Virus record (IMG/VR): IMGVR_UViG_3300009104_000006 | Coordinates: 38,094-102,093 of that record | Strand: one strand, 5' to 3' | DNA length: 64,000 nucleotides | Source of the DNA: a virus | In this document: positions 61,323 to 64,000 of the stretch, piece by piece | Position numbering within the stretch: position 1 is the stretch's first letter | Layout: every line of letters starts with the position of its first letter | The notes under the pieces: generated by a model | Database searches by the model: none | What the model was told of the DNA's origin: nothing | The model's input: only the letters and a program-made list of their open reading frames with translations | Program-made: the position numbers and the translations under genes

Positions 61323-62464
61323 CAAATCGCCTCCGCCCACTTATTCACTTGGTCGGCCTCTATACCCCACTCGGCCAGTAGGGCATTAGCCTTATTGGTA
61401 TCGTCACTCCAATTGCTATACCTTACTACTTTCTTCAATTCGTCTTTCTTCAGACTATCTCCTTCTTCTATGAAAGCGAGCACTGCTTTTGCTTGAGTCG
61501 CTTTCATTTGTAAGAATGGCAAAACCCCTTTCAGTAGTTTTGCTATATCCGCTTTAGAATAGAATTGAAGGCGATGTTGACTACGTTGATTATCACTATA
61601 CACCTTTTGGTCTAATTGTAGTATACCGCAATCTAAGGTTTTCTGCAGTTGTTCGCAATGTATCTTACCTCTATTCCCCGTCGCTATGAAACCAGCGCGA
61701 GGCTCACCTCTCTTTGTAATTGTGATATAGCCATCGGCATCAAGGAATCCAGCAGCATACGCCCATGGGTCTTTGATAATGAGACCGGTCTTATCCATCT
61801 TGACAAAAGTCCCTCTTCCTGCTCCTCCAATAATATCAATCTCCTCACCATACATTGAGAGTAATTTTGCTAATTTCATGGACGTCATACTCTTATGGAG
61901 AATCTTCTTTTCAGATAAGTTTTCAAAAATCATCCTTCCTGTCATTGGGCCTTTACTTTGTAGAATCTCAGCACTCTTGACAAGTGTTTCCTTCTCTTTA
62001 TTGGTTAATCTTTCCATTTGATGAAGTGCGGTCTTCCATATTAGTCTGGCATCTCTCTTTGCTTCCATCGCTTCTACCCAAGTCTTCTTTTCCGAATCGC
62101 CCCATACATCTTCATATTCTTCGAGCATCTTAAGTGTATCATCTGCATTATCCCATTGGCGACAAGCCCTTTGAAGAGTAATACTCCTTGACTCTCCAAA
62201 CTTTCTGAGTGCTTTCATATTGCGGTCAGTAAGTCCTAATTCCTTGATAGTATCAGAATAGGGTTCACTCCAATCATGCACCTTCAATGTAGCATCAACT
62301 TCCATAATTTTCAACGCTCTAATATCATCTATTGCTTTGTCTATGAAATCCTTATCTTGTTTATTGTGCCTTCTGGCTTTCTTTAGACGCTTCACTAATT
62401 CAGATGCTGAAAAACCAAGATTGGCTTCAAACCAACCGTCTCCATTATCTGGAAAAATGCCCAT
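61322..62464 (-). CDS. LAGLIDADG-domain protein (homing-endonuclease-like) with long N-terminal helical region
   Basis: WAYAAGFLDADGYITI, and LLKGVLPFL.MK..QA near the C-terminus. Confidence 0.82.
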   Translation of the reverse strand: MGIFPDNGDGWFEANLGFSASELVKRLKKARRHNKQDKDFIDKAIDDIRALKIMEVDATLKVHDWSEPYSDTIKELGLTDRNMKALRKFGESRSITLQRACRQWDNADDTLKMLEEYEDVWGDSEKKTWVEAMEAKRDARLIWKTALHQMERLTNKEKETLVKSAEILQSKGPMTGRMIFENLSEKKILHKSMTSMKLAKLLSMYGEEIDIIGGAGRGTFVKMDKTGLIIKDPWAYAAGFLDADGYITITKRGEPRAGFIATGNRGKIHCEQLQKTLDCGILQLDQKVYSDNQRSQHRLQFYSKADIAKLLKGVLPFLQMKATQAKAVLAFIEEGDSLKKDELKKVVRYSNWSDDTNKANALLAEWGIEADQVNKWAEAI

Positions 62465-62527
62465 TCTCTCACGTCCAAAGTGTAGTGTTTACATTCTTTG
62501 AGTCTATTTCTGTCGTATTTATCTTAT

Positions 62528-63991
62528 TCATGGTATCATCCAACTCCCTGTATTATTGCCATCCCCACTTACCCAACTATCGAAACCGGGCATATAATCA
62601 TCCAAGAGCATTACACTTCCCTTAAACTCCTTAGATGCCCAATTTGCGAGTGCTATACTCATCGCTAAGTCATCGTGCACGCCTACGCTCTCTAACTTAC
62701 CACTCTTCTGCATACCGAAACGATTGAGTTCCTGCTCAAGAGCATGAGTGTATTTCTTACTTCTCTCATCACCATATGGAGTTTTAATGTGCCCTTGCTC
62801 AAATGCAAGAAGAAGAGACATGAACAAACTCTCCTTACGCGTGCGCGTAGTCATGAATACTCGAATAGGCATATCCGCCCTAAGTTCTCTCATCTCTTGC
62901 TCAAGCATTCTTTGGAAGTTGTTTCCCTCAAGTTCGATAAGTTCGGGCTGAAACTTACTATTGAGCATCACCATCATCCTCTTCTGTGCTACTGAGGACA
63001 TTCCTCTTTCATGAACGACGTGAATTATCTCCTTCTTCTCCTCATCGGGTTTGATACGCATAACCGTCATCGCAGTAAAATCAGCATTTTTATCAGACGC
63101 TATCGCAGGGTCGTGACCTATGAAGTGCTGTCCGAAAACGCCATCTGCTTCTCCTTCTTCGTTGTAATTAGTTTCGGCCCTGTCTAACAAAACTAAATCA
63201 GTATCTCTTGCTTGTTCCAACAAGGGCAACGGAAACATACTTGCCACATCGTGGATAGGCTCACAGAGATATTCTCGCGTAAACTGAATTGCAGGCATCG
63301 ACATGCGCCTCGAATCTAAGGCTTCTAAATCCCAACGCTCAGGCCAAAGAGCAATTCCTTCAGCATCTATTGCTGGATAAGTCTCCACTCTGAATGTTTC
63401 CTTCTGCTCCAATTCTGCATACAAGTCATTGTAACTAAATGGTGTGCCAACCATCATCAATTTACTCGTGTGGTGAAGAACCGGAAGGAGAACACCATAG
63501 AACCAATCGGCCGTTTTAGCCAATTCAGAAGCAGTCGTTCCCCAGAGAATATCGTCACACACTACTATGTCGGGGTGGAAACCACGAGTTGCTCCACCAA
63601 CTGACTTTGCCATCATACGGCTACCGTTAGAAAACTCGAAGTAGGATTTCGCCCAAGGCTTGCCTTCTGGCTTCAAATGTCTAAGAATGTCATTTTCCTC
63701 TATCAGATTGCGAATGAACCTCATATGCTCAAGCGTCTGCTCAAGTGAGTGAGAGAAAACCATAACGTGTTTGCCGGGATTGAATGCAGCAAGCCATAAC
63801 GCATAAGACATGAAGAAGACGGATTTACCGTGGTCACGAGATGCTTTCACGCAGTAGTATTGTGACTCTTCTAATCCCTTCCGCCAATCGTCATGATGAT
63901 GATTGTATAGAAAACCAAGGATATCTACGAAGAAATACTTGAATGACTTCTTGCACATCTCTCTATCCATATTCAGGATGAAGGCGTCCAT
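62528..63991 (-). CDS. terL: Terminase large subunit (may extend beyond the window edge)
   Basis: Walker A ASRDHGKS, Walker B VVCDD, GTP coupling motif, LWPE.W, nuclease GHDPA and HDD. The frame is open to base 64000. Confidence 0.93.
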   Translation of the reverse strand: MDAFILNMDREMCKKSFKYFFVDILGFLYNHHHDDWRKGLEESQYYCVKASRDHGKSVFFMSYALWLAAFNPGKHVMVFSHSLEQTLEHMRFIRNLIEENDILRHLKPEGKPWAKSYFEFSNGSRMMAKSVGGATRGFHPDIVVCDDILWGTTASELAKTADWFYGVLLPVLHHTSKLMMVGTPFSYNDLYAELEQKETFRVETYPAIDAEGIALWPERWDLEALDSRRMSMPAIQFTREYLCEPIHDVASMFPLPLLEQARDTDLVLLDRAETNYNEEGEADGVFGQHFIGHDPAIASDKNADFTAMTVMRIKPDEEKKEIIHVVHERGMSSVAQKRMMVMLNSKFQPELIELEGNNFQRMLEQEMRELRADMPIRVFMTTRTRKESLFMSLLLAFEQGHIKTPYGDERSKKYTHALEQELNRFGMQKSGKLESVGVHDDLAMSIALANWASKEFKGSVMLLDDYMPGFDSWVSGDGNNTGSWMIP

Positions 63992-64000
63992 CTGCTCATT

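Noticed and set aside
62469-62531. 20-codon ORF overlapping the terminase stop
   Set aside because: Too short and featureless to support.
61322-63991. Intein or group I intron splitting the terminase
   Set aside because: The terminase is complete with its own stop, and the LAGLIDADG ORF lacks intein termini (C/S start, HN end).

Overview
This window looks like about 64 kb of a tailed dsDNA virus (Caudoviricetes) of an archaeon, most consistent with a magrovirus, i.e. a virus of Marine Group II / Poseidoniales. That assignment is inferred from gene content, not from a database search. There are two convergent, densely packed arms. The + arm (1-11361) is an archaeal-type replication block: family B polymerase, Cas4/RecB-like nuclease, fused PriS-PriL primase, XPF/ERCC4 nuclease, MCM-like ATPase, DEDD exonuclease and a group II chaperonin, with many Cys-rich microproteins between them. 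The - arm (64000 down to 11368) is morphogenesis: terminase, LAGLIDADG protein, portal, a 1889-aa protein with a degenerate ligase domain, prohead protease/scaffold, major capsid protein, neck and tail genes with a -1 frameshifted chaperone pair, a short tape measure, a 5515-aa tail-tip protein, three fibre genes and a methyltransferase. Many starts have GGTGA/GAGGTG Shine-Dalgarno motifs. I saw no tRNA, rRNA, CRISPR array, integrase or tail sheath. Best candidate new biology: (1) a shared (F..AW / EPM....)-LLK-[A/G/D/E/S] peptide code, possibly for capsid targeting and protease processing, found on head proteins and on unrelated cargo ORFs; (2) the motif-flanked pseudo-ligase domain; (3) a shared MSWDExH C-terminal motif; (4) a possible plug-and-socket chain of fibre proteins; (5) a TFS-like zinc ribbon lacking catalytic acids.
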